Part shown: positions 18,564 to 29,646 of the stretch, piece after piece
Layout of the letters: the number at the start of each line of letters is the position of its first letter
How positions within the stretch are numbered: position 1 is the first letter of the stretch
Virus record (IMG/VR): IMGVR_UViG_3300017917_003446
Coordinates: 1-64,000 of that record
DNA length: 64,000 nucleotides
DNA from: a virus
Direction: 5' to 3' (one strand)
Notes under the pieces: generated by a model
Databases searched by the model: none
What the model was told of the DNA's origin: nothing
What the model saw: only the letters and a program-made list of their open reading frames with translations
Position numbers and translations under genes: made by a program

Positions 18564-21355
18564 TGCCTACCACAAGATTAAAAGAAAAACTTTCTACCTT
18601 AGTTTCCACACAACTACCTGAACATATCGTCAGTGAATACCCTACCTTCGTAAAGTTTTTAGAATATTATTATCAGTTTATTGAACAAGATCAAAGTGCA
18701 CAAGAATTACTTCAGAATGCTAGATCATATGCTGATGTGGATAAAACTATTGATTCATTTTTAGATTATTTTATAAATCAATATGCTCTGGGTATACCTA
18801 AAACTATACTTGCTGATAAGGCATTGTTTATTAAATATGCTAAAGATTTGCATAAACATAAAGGTACAGAAGAAGCATTTAGAATACTGTTTAGAATACT
18901 TTTCAACGAAGAAATAGATTTTTTCTATCCGAATCAAGTAATTTTAAAACCTTCAGATGGTGTTTGGACAAGAAATTACCTTCTAAGGGCTAGCGCCATT
19001 TCAGGAAGTCCGTTTGATTTAGCAGGCAATAAAATTACTGGAAATACATCTGGAGCTACAGCAACAGTTGAATCTGTACTTAGTTTTTTGTCGGGCACAA
19101 CAACAGTTTACGAAATTTATTTAAATTCTGATACTATATCTGGTACCTTCCAAGCAGGTGAGAATATACGAGGATTTAAATTAAATAACACAATAACTGG
19201 TGCTAACAGTATTATAACTGCTAATTTATATCCTATAGTAACTAAAATAGATGTAGTTGACGGTGGTCTAGGATATATTTTAGATCAATCTATTACTATA
19301 TCTGGCCCTAATGGCTCAGGTGCATCCGGAATTGTTTCTAGTATCAGTGATGCTGGCGCTATTAGAGAAATTACTTTATCTAATTTCGGTTTTGGGTATG
19401 ATATAAAACCAAATGTAAGTATTGGTTCGCCTATTGCCAATATTACAGGCACATATAGAATAACTTCAAATATTGGCACATTCAGATTATCAAATAACCA
19501 TAGTTTAGTAGTGGGAGATAATGTAAGTATTTCTTTTTCAGGCAATACTTCTAGCGATTTAAATGGGTCTTCTAATACCTTCACTGTCACATCTATACCA
19601 AATCTTAAAACCTTTGAAGTAGCAAATGTATCAAGGTATAGAACAGGTTTAATAACTACATCAAACGCTAATACTGGCGGTAATGTATCTGTACAATATA
19701 CTATTAACAAGTTTATTAATGGTCGATATACGTTATCAAGTAATACTGTAACTGTTACAACACCGATTGAACATGGTTTGGCTCCGGGTGATTCTATAAA
19801 TGTAATTTTTAATAAAACCGACGTTGATTCTTTTACGGGTTCATTTGTATTAAAAAATTATAGCAATGTCACTGTTGGATTTACTGAACCACATGGATTT
19901 AGTGTTAATAGTAAAATCAATGCTACGTTTGATAGTAATTATACCAATTCAACGGTAGGTACCTATACAATAAAAGCATATGGTGGAGGTACTGCTAATA
20001 TTGCAAACATTTATTTTGATAGTGCGCATTCATTTATAAATGGGCAAAATATAAATGTTAGATTCGGTGCTACTTTAAGTAATGGATTAGTGGGTACGTT
20101 CCAAACTGTTGGAAATGTAGGTATAGCGTTTTTAAATGTGGATAGCCCATATCAAATAAATGATATCATTAATGTTACGTTTACAAGTGCAGTATATGTA
20201 GAAGATACCGATAAACCGAAGCTTGCAGGTAATGCAAATATTACTTTAAATAGTAATGCTTTAATAGGAAATAATACTTATTTTCAATCTAATATTTTTG
20301 CTGGTAATGTTATAACAGTTAATTTACAAAATACATTTACTGTTGCTAATGTAGTAAGCAATACTTTAGCATATCTAACAACCAATGCTACTACATCATT
20401 ATCATATGCTAATGTATATTTGGCCACTAGTAATTTAAACGGTAATTCCACAATTACTGCCGTAAGAAGATTTTTAGATTTAAATCCTAATCCTAATAAT
20501 AGAAGAATATTTTTTGATCTAGTAGATAAACCGAAAACTAAGGGCACCATAACTATATCTAATGGGTATACTAATGCCTTAGTAAATTCTTTTGTTACTA
20601 CCACTGTGACAAATAATGGTTATCCATTATTCAATTATTTGTCCTTTGCTCTTCCTGTTAGTTTTGCAAATGCTAATGTGCGAGGCAATGTTACAGTATC
20701 TAATCAAGACAGAAGTAATATTGTAGGCAATGTTGCTAAACAAGTGACAGTTGTTGCAGTGCCAACAGTTAGATCTTTAATTTTTGTATCTAATACTTCA
20801 TCTAATGCTATTGCCAGCAACGGTAATATTACTGTAAATACTGATTTGCCTAACGATATAGAAGATTTTGCTAATACATATACTGTAGCCTCAGTGGCAC
20901 ATACTAGAGCATTTGCTTTTGCTTCTTCCAATGCAAACTCTAGAGGTAATATTACTGTTTACTATCAACAAGCAGCAAATCTTCAAGCAAATATAGGCGC
21001 ATTAGCTATAGAGCCCGGAGTTTGGGTTGATGATAGAGGTAAATTAGATGAGACTTTTAAGGTTCAGGGTAGAATAGGTACAGATGCTAGAGTTTTTTAT
21101 CAACCTTTCTCTTACGTAATAAAATCTTCACAGCCATTAAGTGCTTGGAGAGAAGCAGTTAAGAAACTTCTACATCCAGCCGGATTCGAAGTTTTCGGTG
21201 AAGTAGTAATCTCTACTAATCAAAATAATGTTCAAAATGTCACTGCAGAAGCTAAATTTTTCCCGATCAAAGTTTTAGGACCAATAACAGTAGATAGTAC
21301 AAGTATATTGGCGGATGCTACAGATATTACTGCAGATTTGGATACTGTATCCTAA
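18563..21355 (+). CDS. gp7: Baseplate wedge initiator (gp7-like) with Asn-rich inserted domains
   Basis: QLPE.I...YP.F..FLE.YY; KGT..AF..LFR.LF; YQ.FSYVIKS...W...VKKLLHPAGF. Confidence 0.8.
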   Translation: MPTTRLKEKLSTLVSTQLPEHIVSEYPTFVKFLEYYYQFIEQDQSAQELLQNARSYADVDKTIDSFLDYFINQYALGIPKTILADKALFIKYAKDLHKHKGTEEAFRILFRILFNEEIDFFYPNQVILKPSDGVWTRNYLLRASAISGSPFDLAGNKITGNTSGATATVESVLSFLSGTTTVYEIYLNSDTISGTFQAGENIRGFKLNNTITGANSIITANLYPIVTKIDVVDGGLGYILDQSITISGPNGSGASGIVSSISDAGAIREITLSNFGFGYDIKPNVSIGSPIANITGTYRITSNIGTFRLSNNHSLVVGDNVSISFSGNTSSDLNGSSNTFTVTSIPNLKTFEVANVSRYRTGLITTSNANTGGNVSVQYTINKFINGRYTLSSNTVTVTTPIEHGLAPGDSINVIFNKTDVDSFTGSFVLKNYSNVTVGFTEPHGFSVNSKINATFDSNYTNSTVGTYTIKAYGGGTANIANIYFDSAHSFINGQNINVRFGATLSNGLVGTFQTVGNVGIAFLNVDSPYQINDIINVTFTSAVYVEDTDKPKLAGNANITLNSNALIGNNTYFQSNIFAGNVITVNLQNTFTVANVVSNTLAYLTTNATTSLSYANVYLATSNLNGNSTITAVRRFLDLNPNPNNRRIFFDLVDKPKTKGTITISNGYTNALVNSFVTTTVTNNGYPLFNYLSFALPVSFANANVRGNVTVSNQDRSNIVGNVAKQVTVVAVPTVRSLIFVSNTSSNAIASNGNITVNTDLPNDIEDFANTYTVASVAHTRAFAFASSNANSRGNITVYYQQAANLQANIGALAIEPGVWVDDRGKLDETFKVQGRIGTDARVFYQPFSYVIKSSQPLSAWREAVKKLLHPAGFEVFGEVVISTNQNNVQNVTAEAKFFPIKVLGPITVDSTSILADATDITADLDTVS

Positions 21356-21363
21356 TATAAATA
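21356..21363 (+). promoter_or_regulatory. Late promoter
   Basis: TATAAATA upstream of gp8. Confidence 0.8.
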
Positions 21364-21384
21364 ATAGATTAACTAAAAAGAAAC

Positions 21385-22737
21385 ATGGCAGCTATAATAA
21401 CTCAAAATTTGAGATTTCATAATTCTGAACAATTTGTCGAAGCCTTCAGTGAAGCTTCGAATACAATAATCTATGCCTTTATAGCCAAATCCACTTCTTG
21501 GCCAAATAATTTAGATACTACTGGTACAGTACAAGAACAAATTGATAACGTAGAATTATTGTATAATACGTATGATGAAATGATGGCAATGAAAAGAGTG
21601 CTGTCTACAGACGTTGAATATGTTGTGCCGAGATATAATTGGGTATCTGGAACAGTATATAATTATTACGACAACAAATCTAATAATCTTTTCAGAACCG
21701 ATTTAACAAGCAAGCCTGGCGGGGTACAAAGAGATTTGCAGCCCTTTTATGCTTTAGACACAACTACATTTAATGTATATAAGTGTTTATCTAATAGCAA
21801 AGGTGCTCCTTCTACAGTAAGACCTACAGGAGATTCAGCAAATGTTGTCGTGATGGGAGATGGTTACAATTGGAAATATATGTATACCATACCTTCAGCT
21901 AAAAGAAATAGATTTCTTAATGCTGATTTTATGTATGTTTCTGATACTAATCATTCCTCTAATTCTGATGGCGCACTTGATATAGTAGTAGTAACTAATG
22001 GTGGCTCTGGATATACTAGTGCTCCTAATGTTACTATTACAGGTGATGGAACTGGTGCTACTGCAAATTGCGTATTATCCGGTAACACTGTTTCCAATGT
22101 AACTATTATTGCCCGTGGTTCAGGATATAGATATGCAAATGTAGTATTTTCTGGAGGCGGCGGTGCAAATGCTGCGGGAAGAGTTTTAATTCCTCCAAAA
22201 GGCGGTCATGCAGCAAATGCTAGATTAGAACTTGGAGGATTTTACGTCGCACTTAGTCCTCAACTTATTAATGAGGAAAGTGGCAATTTCCCCACAGATA
22301 ATGATTTTAGAATAGCAGGATTAATAAAAGATCCAAAAGTATATGGATCAGCTACAACGGTGGCGGCGGCATCATCCTATAAGTTGTCTAAGACATTATA
22401 TCTAGCAAATATTTCAGGAACCTATTCTTTAGATGAATATATTTCGGGTGGAAATTCAAAAGCTAACGCTATAATTTTATCTATTGCATCAGATGTTACT
22501 AATGCCAAGGCAAACATAAATTATTTCCAAGCTAATGGTAAGACTGCAAATGCTAATTCTTTTTCTGTGGGTGATATAGTAACAGGTATAGGATCCGGTG
22601 CAACAGGAAATCTTTTAGCCATAACTAATCAGGGCATAGAACCAGATTCAGGTGAAATATTGTATATTGATGCATTTAGACCAATTCAACGTGCAGCAGA
22701 TCAAACAGAAACCTTACAACTTGTAATAGAATTTTAA
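21385..22737 (+). CDS. gp8: Baseplate wedge subunit
   Basis: VVPRYNW.SGT.Y; VYKCL.N; DGY.WKYMYTI; SGEILYID; QTE...VIEF. Confidence 0.9.
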   Translation: MAAIITQNLRFHNSEQFVEAFSEASNTIIYAFIAKSTSWPNNLDTTGTVQEQIDNVELLYNTYDEMMAMKRVLSTDVEYVVPRYNWVSGTVYNYYDNKSNNLFRTDLTSKPGGVQRDLQPFYALDTTTFNVYKCLSNSKGAPSTVRPTGDSANVVVMGDGYNWKYMYTIPSAKRNRFLNADFMYVSDTNHSSNSDGALDIVVVTNGGSGYTSAPNVTITGDGTGATANCVLSGNTVSNVTIIARGSGYRYANVVFSGGGGANAAGRVLIPPKGGHAANARLELGGFYVALSPQLINEESGNFPTDNDFRIAGLIKDPKVYGSATTVAAASSYKLSKTLYLANISGTYSLDEYISGGNSKANAIILSIASDVTNAKANINYFQANGKTANANSFSVGDIVTGIGSGATGNLLAITNQGIEPDSGEILYIDAFRPIQRAADQTETLQLVIEF

Positions 22738-22746
22738 GGGTAACTC

Positions 22747-25700
22747 ATGTATGTAAGTAGCCAAAGTCCATATTACGACGATTTTGATGAAACGAAACAG
22801 TTTTATCGTGTACTGTTCCGTCCTGGTAGAGCTGTTCAAGCAAGGGAATTAACTCAGCTTCAATCTATACTTCAAAAACAAATTGATCGTTTTGGTTCAC
22901 ATATTTTTAAAGAAGGTTCTATTGTATTACCAGGATCTTTCTTTTACGAAAAAAATTACAAATTTGTTAAACTTCAGGCTACTTATAATTCAGTAGATGC
23001 AGATGATGTATTGGACAATTTATCCAACGTGATTGTTATAGGTGCTACATCTGGTTTAAGAGCACTTGTAGTGAATACAGCAGCAGCGGTTGGGACAGAT
23101 CCTCCTACCTTATATGTAAAATATTTAAATTCTGGTACAGATGGAACTACACCCACGTTTTTAGACAATGAAATTATTTCCAATGAAGCATCAACAGTAT
23201 CAGTAAGGGCTTTATCTTCTTTTGCAACAGGGACGGGATCAGCTTTTAATATAAAAAGCGGTGTAATATTTACTAAAGGTGTATTTGCCTATTTTCCAGA
23301 TTCTACTTTAATAGTTAGTAAGTATGCTATTCAGGCAGAAGATACAAGTATTGGATTTTTGATAACTGAAGAAGTTATTGATGATCAAGATGATGCTACT
23401 CTATTAGATCCTGCTGTAGGATCATCCAATTATTTTGCTCCTGGGGCTGATAGATATAAGTTAAGTTTTACCTTGGAATCTAGAGGACTAAATTTTAATA
23501 GTTCAACAGACGATCCCAATTACATAGAATTAATGAGAATACAAGATGGTGAAATTACTTTTAAGAAACCTGATGTAGAATATAATAAATTAGCTGATAC
23601 TTTAGCAAGAAGAACTTTTGATGAATCTGGTGATTACACTGTAAGACCATACAAAATAGATATAATTAACCATTTAAGATCATCTAATGCTGTGAGAGAT
23701 GGTTATTTAACTGAAGCGCAAGGCGGAGATGATAATAAGTATGCAATAGTTGTTACCCCAGGTAAAGCATATGTAAAAGGTTATGAAATAGAAAACAATA
23801 CCAATAAGTATGTTATTGGTAATAAAGCTAGAGAATTCGCTAATGTAAATTCTGGCACAGTTTCTGTTGAAGTTGGAAATTATGTTTATTTAACTGACGT
23901 TTATAGTATACCTGATTTAGCTACACTCACAAAAGTAGAATTACATAACAAATATACAAAAGCTAAAGGTAGTAGATCAACAACAACCCCTGTGGGTAAT
24001 GCAAGAATTAGGGCATTGGAATATGAATCTGGTACAGTAGGTACAAGTACTGCTGTATACAGAGCATACCTGTTTGATGTAGTAATGGATACTGGATATA
24101 AATTTGAATCAGATGTAAAACAATTATACTATAACAATGATGGATTTGTTGATTTCACTTCTAATATTCAACCAGTTATAAAAACATTACAAGGTACTGC
24201 TAGTACAGTTAGTGGTAGTAATGCTATTGTGGGCGCAGGTACAGTATTTGATGCTGAACTTGTAGCAGGTGATTTCGTCACTGTTGGTAATCAAACTTTA
24301 GAAATAGCTTCGGTTGCTAATGCAGTTGTAGCAGTAGCTGTAGCTAATTCAAATTCAACAGTATCAGGTCAACTTATAAAATTACAAGAAGCAAAAGTAT
24401 ATGAAAATAATAAACAAGCATATATTTTTGAATTACCTTATCCTATAATAAAAACGATAGATCCTACAGATTCAGAAACTACATATCAAACTAGAAGAGT
24501 TTATGATAGAACATTATCTAGTGGAACGGTCACTATAACAGCTGGAACAAATGAAACATTTGCAGCATTTTCTTCAGATAATTATCAGGTAGTAGTAAAA
24601 GCAGATGGCACATATCAAGTTTTATCTGGATTGGTAACAAGAGGTGGTACACCTACAGGTAGAACTGTAACAATTGATTTATCTGGTAATGCATCATTAT
24701 CTGCAGCTGACGTTCGTATTATTACTACAATTAATAAAACTAATTCAGCATCACTTAGAAAGAATAAAACTTTACAATTGAACGCAACTGTTGATTATAC
24801 TGATGCAAACACTGCAGCAGCAGCTGTAGTATCTTTAGGAAAAGCGGATATTTATGATTTAAAATCTGTAAGAATGTCGACTACAGCTTTTGGAACTTCG
24901 TATTCGGCTACAGGATCCATTGACATCACTAGCAGATACAATTTAGATAATGGCCAACGTTTAACATTTTATGATATAGGTAGAATAAATCTCAAACCAA
25001 CAGCAGCTAAACCAACCGGTCCAATAAGAATAACTTTTGATTACTTTACTCATGGTGCCGGCGATTATTTTAGTGTGGATTCTTACACAGATATAGACTA
25101 CAAAGATATTCCAAGCATAAATCTAAACGGTAAAAATTATAATCTTAGAGATAGTTTAGATTTTAGACCAAGGATCAGTGATGCAGGTAATGTGTTTTCA
25201 GGCACAGGTGCGGTCACTAATGAATTCTTAGATGCAGAAACAGATTTCACTACAGATTATCAATATTATTTACCTAAAACAGATAAATTAGTTTTAGATA
25301 GAAATGGTAATTTTAAATTAATTGAAGGTGCTAGTGGTTTCGATTCAAGAGAACCAAAGACACCTGATGATTCCATGGCGATGTTTGTTCTGAAACAAAA
25401 TGCTTACGTTTTTGATGTGGATAAAGATATAAACGTAACTGAAATTGATAATAAGAGATATACTATGCGAGATATTGGTCGCATAGAAAATAGAGTAAAG
25501 AATCTCGAATATTATACTTCTTTAAATCTATTAGAAGCTGATACCGCAACTCTTCAAATTCAAGATGGTAACGGATTTGACAGATTTAAAAATGGATTTA
25601 TTGTTGATAATTTTTCAGGACATGGTATAGGTGATATAACAAATAGAGATTACTCTGTTTCTGTTGACACCAATAAACGAGAACTAAGACCTAGAATCTG

Positions 25701-27576
25701 GCAAGAATTTTTTAAGTTACATGAAACTGCCACAACTACAGCATTAAGAACTGCTAATAGTTATATCAAGGTAGGTGACTTAGCAATGCCTCTTTATTAT
25801 GATGAGGTATTTATTACCAGTAATGCTGCATCAAGAGTAGAAACACTTAATCCATTTGGTGTATTAGATTTCAAAGGTGTTATGAAATTAACCCCTGCTG
25901 TTGACACCTGGTTTGATCAGATTAGACTGCCCATATTAGCAGATAATCCAAATGGAAATTACGATACATTGACGTCTTTATCCAAAGCCAAAGCAAGTTA
26001 CGAATCCTATTATGGAAATTGGAAAGATTTTTGGTATGGCAACGAGAGAACAGACAAACAGGTTTCAACTTCTAATGCTGTAAAATCTTCAGTTACCAGA
26101 ACAGCTGATCTACAAACTTATAGCACAGGTAACAAATACGAAATTATTGAATCGTTTGATACTACTTCGGCGGGCGAAACTATTAGATCAAGAGTAGTAA
26201 TACCAAAGATGAGAAATATTAATATATCGTTCTCAGCTACAGGTATGAAACCAAACACATTATTATATGCTTTCTTCGATGATGTTGAAGTAACATCGTA
26301 TACTACACTATCTTATGAAAGAGCTAATGTGCTGACTAATTTCCAAAATACACATGCTATTGCAAATGTTATGATATTCAGTCCATTGGTAACTGATACC
26401 AAAGGCGATATAGACGGAATATTCTTTTATAAAGCAAGTGAATTAAATATGTCTGTTGGAGACAAAATATTTAGATTGACAGATTCCAAAAGTAATAATG
26501 ATGATAGATCAACTATAGCGGAGGCTCTTTTTTCTGCCTCGGGTAGTTTAAGTATAAAAGAAGAAATAGTTGGAACTAGAAAACCCGCACCTGTAAAAGT
26601 TGACGAAAAAGATACTAGAATATATACTAAACGATCTGACGTGCCTCCATACGGTACATTTATAGAAAGTTATTGTAATAATGGAAAAAGATTGAAAATA
26701 TATGCAGATGGCCAAGGCAGTACATATGTTATGGATGAGGTCGATCCAAGTTGTCCTGCAGGTAGTAAACCACCTACAGGCACGGTTATTGAAGAATTTT
26801 GTCAAGGATTCGATCTGTACAGATATGTTGCTGACGGAGCAGGAGGATATACAACAGTATTAAGAGAAGCAAAATCTTATGTGTGCAGTTATCCTACACC
26901 TACTGCTCCACTTGTGCCGACCGTAGTAAATCAATTATTCAATTCTGTAGGAATTGCTGGAGCAGGAGACGAAACTGTAAATCCTCCAGGGTCAAGGGGT
27001 GGATTCACAGTTGAAGAATTAAGAGGTGGATTTGATATATTAAATACATATATTACTGATGAAGGTGTTACCGATGCTCAAGTACCAGGATTATTAACTG
27101 ATGCAAAGTTAGATACAGTAGCAGGTGGTGCAAATGCCGCAGATTACTTTGACGCTAATGGAGGATTTAAGGGTGCAGATTTCGGTACAGATTTATTAAA
27201 TGGTACCTTTAATAATATAGATCCCAACCTTGCTTCAGTAACAAGAGGAACCATAAAAGCTGTAAACAACGAATTCAAAGAAGAAAAACAAGGTGTTATT
27301 GAAGCTATTCAAGCATGGAACGCTGCTGAGAATGCAGCAGGAGGCGGAGCCGCTGGATTGGCAGCAGGTCGAGCAGCAGCATTAACAGCAGGTTTAGTAC
27401 CAAATATAGTTGAATTAGTATATCAAGTCAAAACTAACCCAACCATTGCTACATACATATTTGCAGGCGGAGATTCGTATGAAGAAGTAACATTACGAGC
27501 GTCCATGTATCTATCAGGCCAAGCTATTTTAGGATCTATTAATAATGGTTCAAATCCACAATTCATTTGCTGTTAA
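22747..27576 (+). CDS. VrlC-like (DUF4815) large virion protein, N-terminal part
   Basis: PYYDDFD..K.FYRVLFRPG.AVQARELTQLQS; APGADR; LARRTFDESGDY; RYTMRDIG..E.R..NLEYYT; RFKNGF.VDNF. Confidence 0.88.
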   Translation: MYVSSQSPYYDDFDETKQFYRVLFRPGRAVQARELTQLQSILQKQIDRFGSHIFKEGSIVLPGSFFYEKNYKFVKLQATYNSVDADDVLDNLSNVIVIGATSGLRALVVNTAAAVGTDPPTLYVKYLNSGTDGTTPTFLDNEIISNEASTVSVRALSSFATGTGSAFNIKSGVIFTKGVFAYFPDSTLIVSKYAIQAEDTSIGFLITEEVIDDQDDATLLDPAVGSSNYFAPGADRYKLSFTLESRGLNFNSSTDDPNYIELMRIQDGEITFKKPDVEYNKLADTLARRTFDESGDYTVRPYKIDIINHLRSSNAVRDGYLTEAQGGDDNKYAIVVTPGKAYVKGYEIENNTNKYVIGNKAREFANVNSGTVSVEVGNYVYLTDVYSIPDLATLTKVELHNKYTKAKGSRSTTTPVGNARIRALEYESGTVGTSTAVYRAYLFDVVMDTGYKFESDVKQLYYNNDGFVDFTSNIQPVIKTLQGTASTVSGSNAIVGAGTVFDAELVAGDFVTVGNQTLEIASVANAVVAVAVANSNSTVSGQLIKLQEAKVYENNKQAYIFELPYPIIKTIDPTDSETTYQTRRVYDRTLSSGTVTITAGTNETFAAFSSDNYQVVVKADGTYQVLSGLVTRGGTPTGRTVTIDLSGNASLSAADVRIITTINKTNSASLRKNKTLQLNATVDYTDANTAAAAVVSLGKADIYDLKSVRMSTTAFGTSYSATGSIDITSRYNLDNGQRLTFYDIGRINLKPTAAKPTGPIRITFDYFTHGAGDYFSVDSYTDIDYKDIPSINLNGKNYNLRDSLDFRPRISDAGNVFSGTGAVTNEFLDAETDFTTDYQYYLPKTDKLVLDRNGNFKLIEGASGFDSREPKTPDDSMAMFVLKQNAYVFDVDKDINVTEIDNKRYTMRDIGRIENRVKNLEYYTSLNLLEADTATLQIQDGNGFDRFKNGFIVDNFSGHGIGDITNRDYSVSVDTNKRELRPRIWQEFFKLHETATTTALRTANSYIKVGDLAMPLYYDEVFITSNAASRVETLNPFGVLDFKGVMKLTPAVDTWFDQIRLPILADNPNGNYDTLTSLSKAKASYESYYGNWKDFWYGNERTDKQVSTSNAVKSSVTRTADLQTYSTGNKYEIIESFDTTSAGETIRSRVVIPKMRNINISFSATGMKPNTLLYAFFDDVEVTSYTTLSYERANVLTNFQNTHAIANVMIFSPLVTDTKGDIDGIFFYKASELNMSVGDKIFRLTDSKSNNDDRSTIAEALFSASGSLSIKEEIVGTRKPAPVKVDEKDTRIYTKRSDVPPYGTFIESYCNNGKRLKIYADGQGSTYVMDEVDPSCPAGSKPPTGTVIEEFCQGFDLYRYVADGAGGYTTVLREAKSYVCSYPTPTAPLVPTVVNQLFNSVGIAGAGDETVNPPGSRGGFTVEELRGGFDILNTYITDEGVTDAQVPGLLTDAKLDTVAGGANAADYFDANGGFKGADFGTDLLNGTFNNIDPNLASVTRGTIKAVNNEFKEEKQGVIEAIQAWNAAENAAGGGAAGLAAGRAAALTAGLVPNIVELVYQVKTNPTIATYIFAGGDSYEEVTLRASMYLSGQAILGSINNGSNPQFICC

Positions 27577-27581
27577 ATAAA

Positions 27582-29435
27582 ATGACAACTGTAAATAGAT
27601 TAAACAAACAAATTCATTATACTGAGGGCACTGTCCCTAAGTATGTTGATCCATTGGCTCAAACTTTTCTAATTGAAGAACCAAGTGTGGTTACTAAACT
27701 TGATTTGTATTTTAGAGCAACTGATCCTATTATCCCAACTAAAATTGAAATTAGAAAAGTAAAAGATGGATTTCCTACAAGCATAGTAGTTCCTTTTTCT
27801 GAAACAACTATACCTGCAGCTAATATAAATGGAAGTTCTGTAGGTAGTATTGCTACAACTGTTACCTTTAGTTCTCCAGTATATCTTGAACCTGAAGAAT
27901 ATGCTTTGGTTTTATATTGTGATTCAATTAATACTAAAGTGTGGATATCTCAACAAGGTGAAACCGATGTAGTGACCGGGGAAAAAATAACAAAGCAACC
28001 TTATTTGGGCGTATTATTCAAATCACAAAACGGCACGACTTGGACCCCAGATCAGTTCCAAGACTTAAAGTTTAGACTTTATAGAGCAAGATTTTTATCT
28101 ACTACAGCTACAGTGCATTTGTATCCTGGAGAATTATCTGGTAAATTAACCACTCTTCCTTATGATCCATTTGAATTTACACCTGGATCTAAAGAAATGA
28201 AAGTATACCATGAAAATCATGGATTTAAGAACGGTTCCTATACATTAACATCTCCTTTGAGAGTAACAGGATTTGGTAATACTCATATTTACGGAGTAGC
28301 ACATAATGTTATTTCTGGGCAATCTTTAGTTGTTAGTAATGTTTCTAATGATAGCTATACTGTTTATCTACCTCATGCACCAAATGTTACTGCAGTTACA
28401 AGAGTCGGTGAATCTGTAATAGGATTCAGTGATACTAAATATGATACAATTTATCCTGCTGTAACAGTTTTAAATCCTGCTGGTACATCTGTAGCTGAAA
28501 AAATTAAAACTACAAGTACCGATTATGCTATGGATTCTGATTATACTACACTAGGTGAAGGCGATTATACTTTCATTACAGAAAGAACTTTGCCTTCTGG
28601 AGTAAACAGAGCAAGAAATATGAGTAATGCTACAGGTCTACTTTATAGAGTAGAAATGAGCACTACTGAAAAGAATGTTGCGCCAATCTTAGATTTACAG
28701 AAAGCAGGTGTTGTTTTAATAAGAAATATTATAAACAATCCTACATATGATAATATGAATCTTGCCAAAGATAAAGTCACTGTAGGTTTTGGGAACACTA
28801 TTAGTTTTACTAGTGTGAGTAATAACACAGGTACAATCAATCTTACCAACTCAAATCACAGAGCAAATGCTGTAAATATGCTTAAAGGAAGTACTATAAG
28901 AATACTTGGAGCAAATGTTAATTCTGGTAATGTTAGAGTATTGGATGTACAAAATAATGGGGCAAATGTTTTAGTGAGAGGCGTAACTACTCAATCAAGT
29001 AATATTATTACTATGAATTATTTTAGTAATGCTAGTGCTAATATTGTAATAGAAAATGGTAGAAATTTTATTGCTGAAGAAGCAGCAATAGGTGGTTCAG
29101 CATTATCCAAGTATATTACAAGACAAGTAAATTTCATTAATCCTTCAACATCATTCAAATTCTTTATTGATGTGTGTCAACCATCAGGTGCTTATGTAAA
29201 ATTTTATTACAGAACCAGCTTAGTTGGAGAAACTTCACCGTTGACAGATAAAGAATATACTGAGATTACTGGAGTAACAATACCTACTTCTTTAAGCGGT
29301 GAATTTTATGAAGTAGAAAAGATATTGGAAAATCTTGAACAGTTTGATGGCATTCAATTTAAGATTGTATTTTTGGCAGATGATTCTACAGATGTTCCTA
29401 AGTGTAAAAACTTAAGATTAGTGGCATTGGCATGA
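27582..29435 (+). CDS. VrlC-like protein, C-terminal part as a separate ORF
   Basis: DPLAQTF; QPYLGVLFKSQNG.TWT.DQ.QDLKF.LYRA.F; ends LR.VALA. Confidence 0.8.
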   Translation: MTTVNRLNKQIHYTEGTVPKYVDPLAQTFLIEEPSVVTKLDLYFRATDPIIPTKIEIRKVKDGFPTSIVVPFSETTIPAANINGSSVGSIATTVTFSSPVYLEPEEYALVLYCDSINTKVWISQQGETDVVTGEKITKQPYLGVLFKSQNGTTWTPDQFQDLKFRLYRARFLSTTATVHLYPGELSGKLTTLPYDPFEFTPGSKEMKVYHENHGFKNGSYTLTSPLRVTGFGNTHIYGVAHNVISGQSLVVSNVSNDSYTVYLPHAPNVTAVTRVGESVIGFSDTKYDTIYPAVTVLNPAGTSVAEKIKTTSTDYAMDSDYTTLGEGDYTFITERTLPSGVNRARNMSNATGLLYRVEMSTTEKNVAPILDLQKAGVVLIRNIINNPTYDNMNLAKDKVTVGFGNTISFTSVSNNTGTINLTNSNHRANAVNMLKGSTIRILGANVNSGNVRVLDVQNNGANVLVRGVTTQSSNIITMNYFSNASANIVIENGRNFIAEEAAIGGSALSKYITRQVNFINPSTSFKFFIDVCQPSGAYVKFYYRTSLVGETSPLTDKEYTEITGVTIPTSLSGEFYEVEKILENLEQFDGIQFKIVFLADDSTDVPKCKNLRLVALA

Positions 29436-29638
29436 AGCTAAGAGTAAAAGAAAATCCTAGTCTTTACAGAGATTCATTTTCAAAAGGTATAATTTCTGAA
29501 GATCATGATGCTTATCAAAAATATCTAAAAGAAAAAAATTTAAGAGATAAAAATTCTAAATTTGAATTGGAAATAAATAATATGAAATCTGATATTAATG
29601 AAATCAAATCTCTTTTACGTGAGCTTCTCAACAAATAG
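29432..29638 (+). CDS. Small coiled-coil protein
   Basis: L.RD..S..II; MKSDINEIKSLL; ATGA coupling. Confidence 0.75.
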   Translation: MKLRVKENPSLYRDSFSKGIISEDHDAYQKYLKEKNLRDKNSKFELEINNMKSDINEIKSLLRELLNK

Positions 29639-29646
29639 GCGTATAA

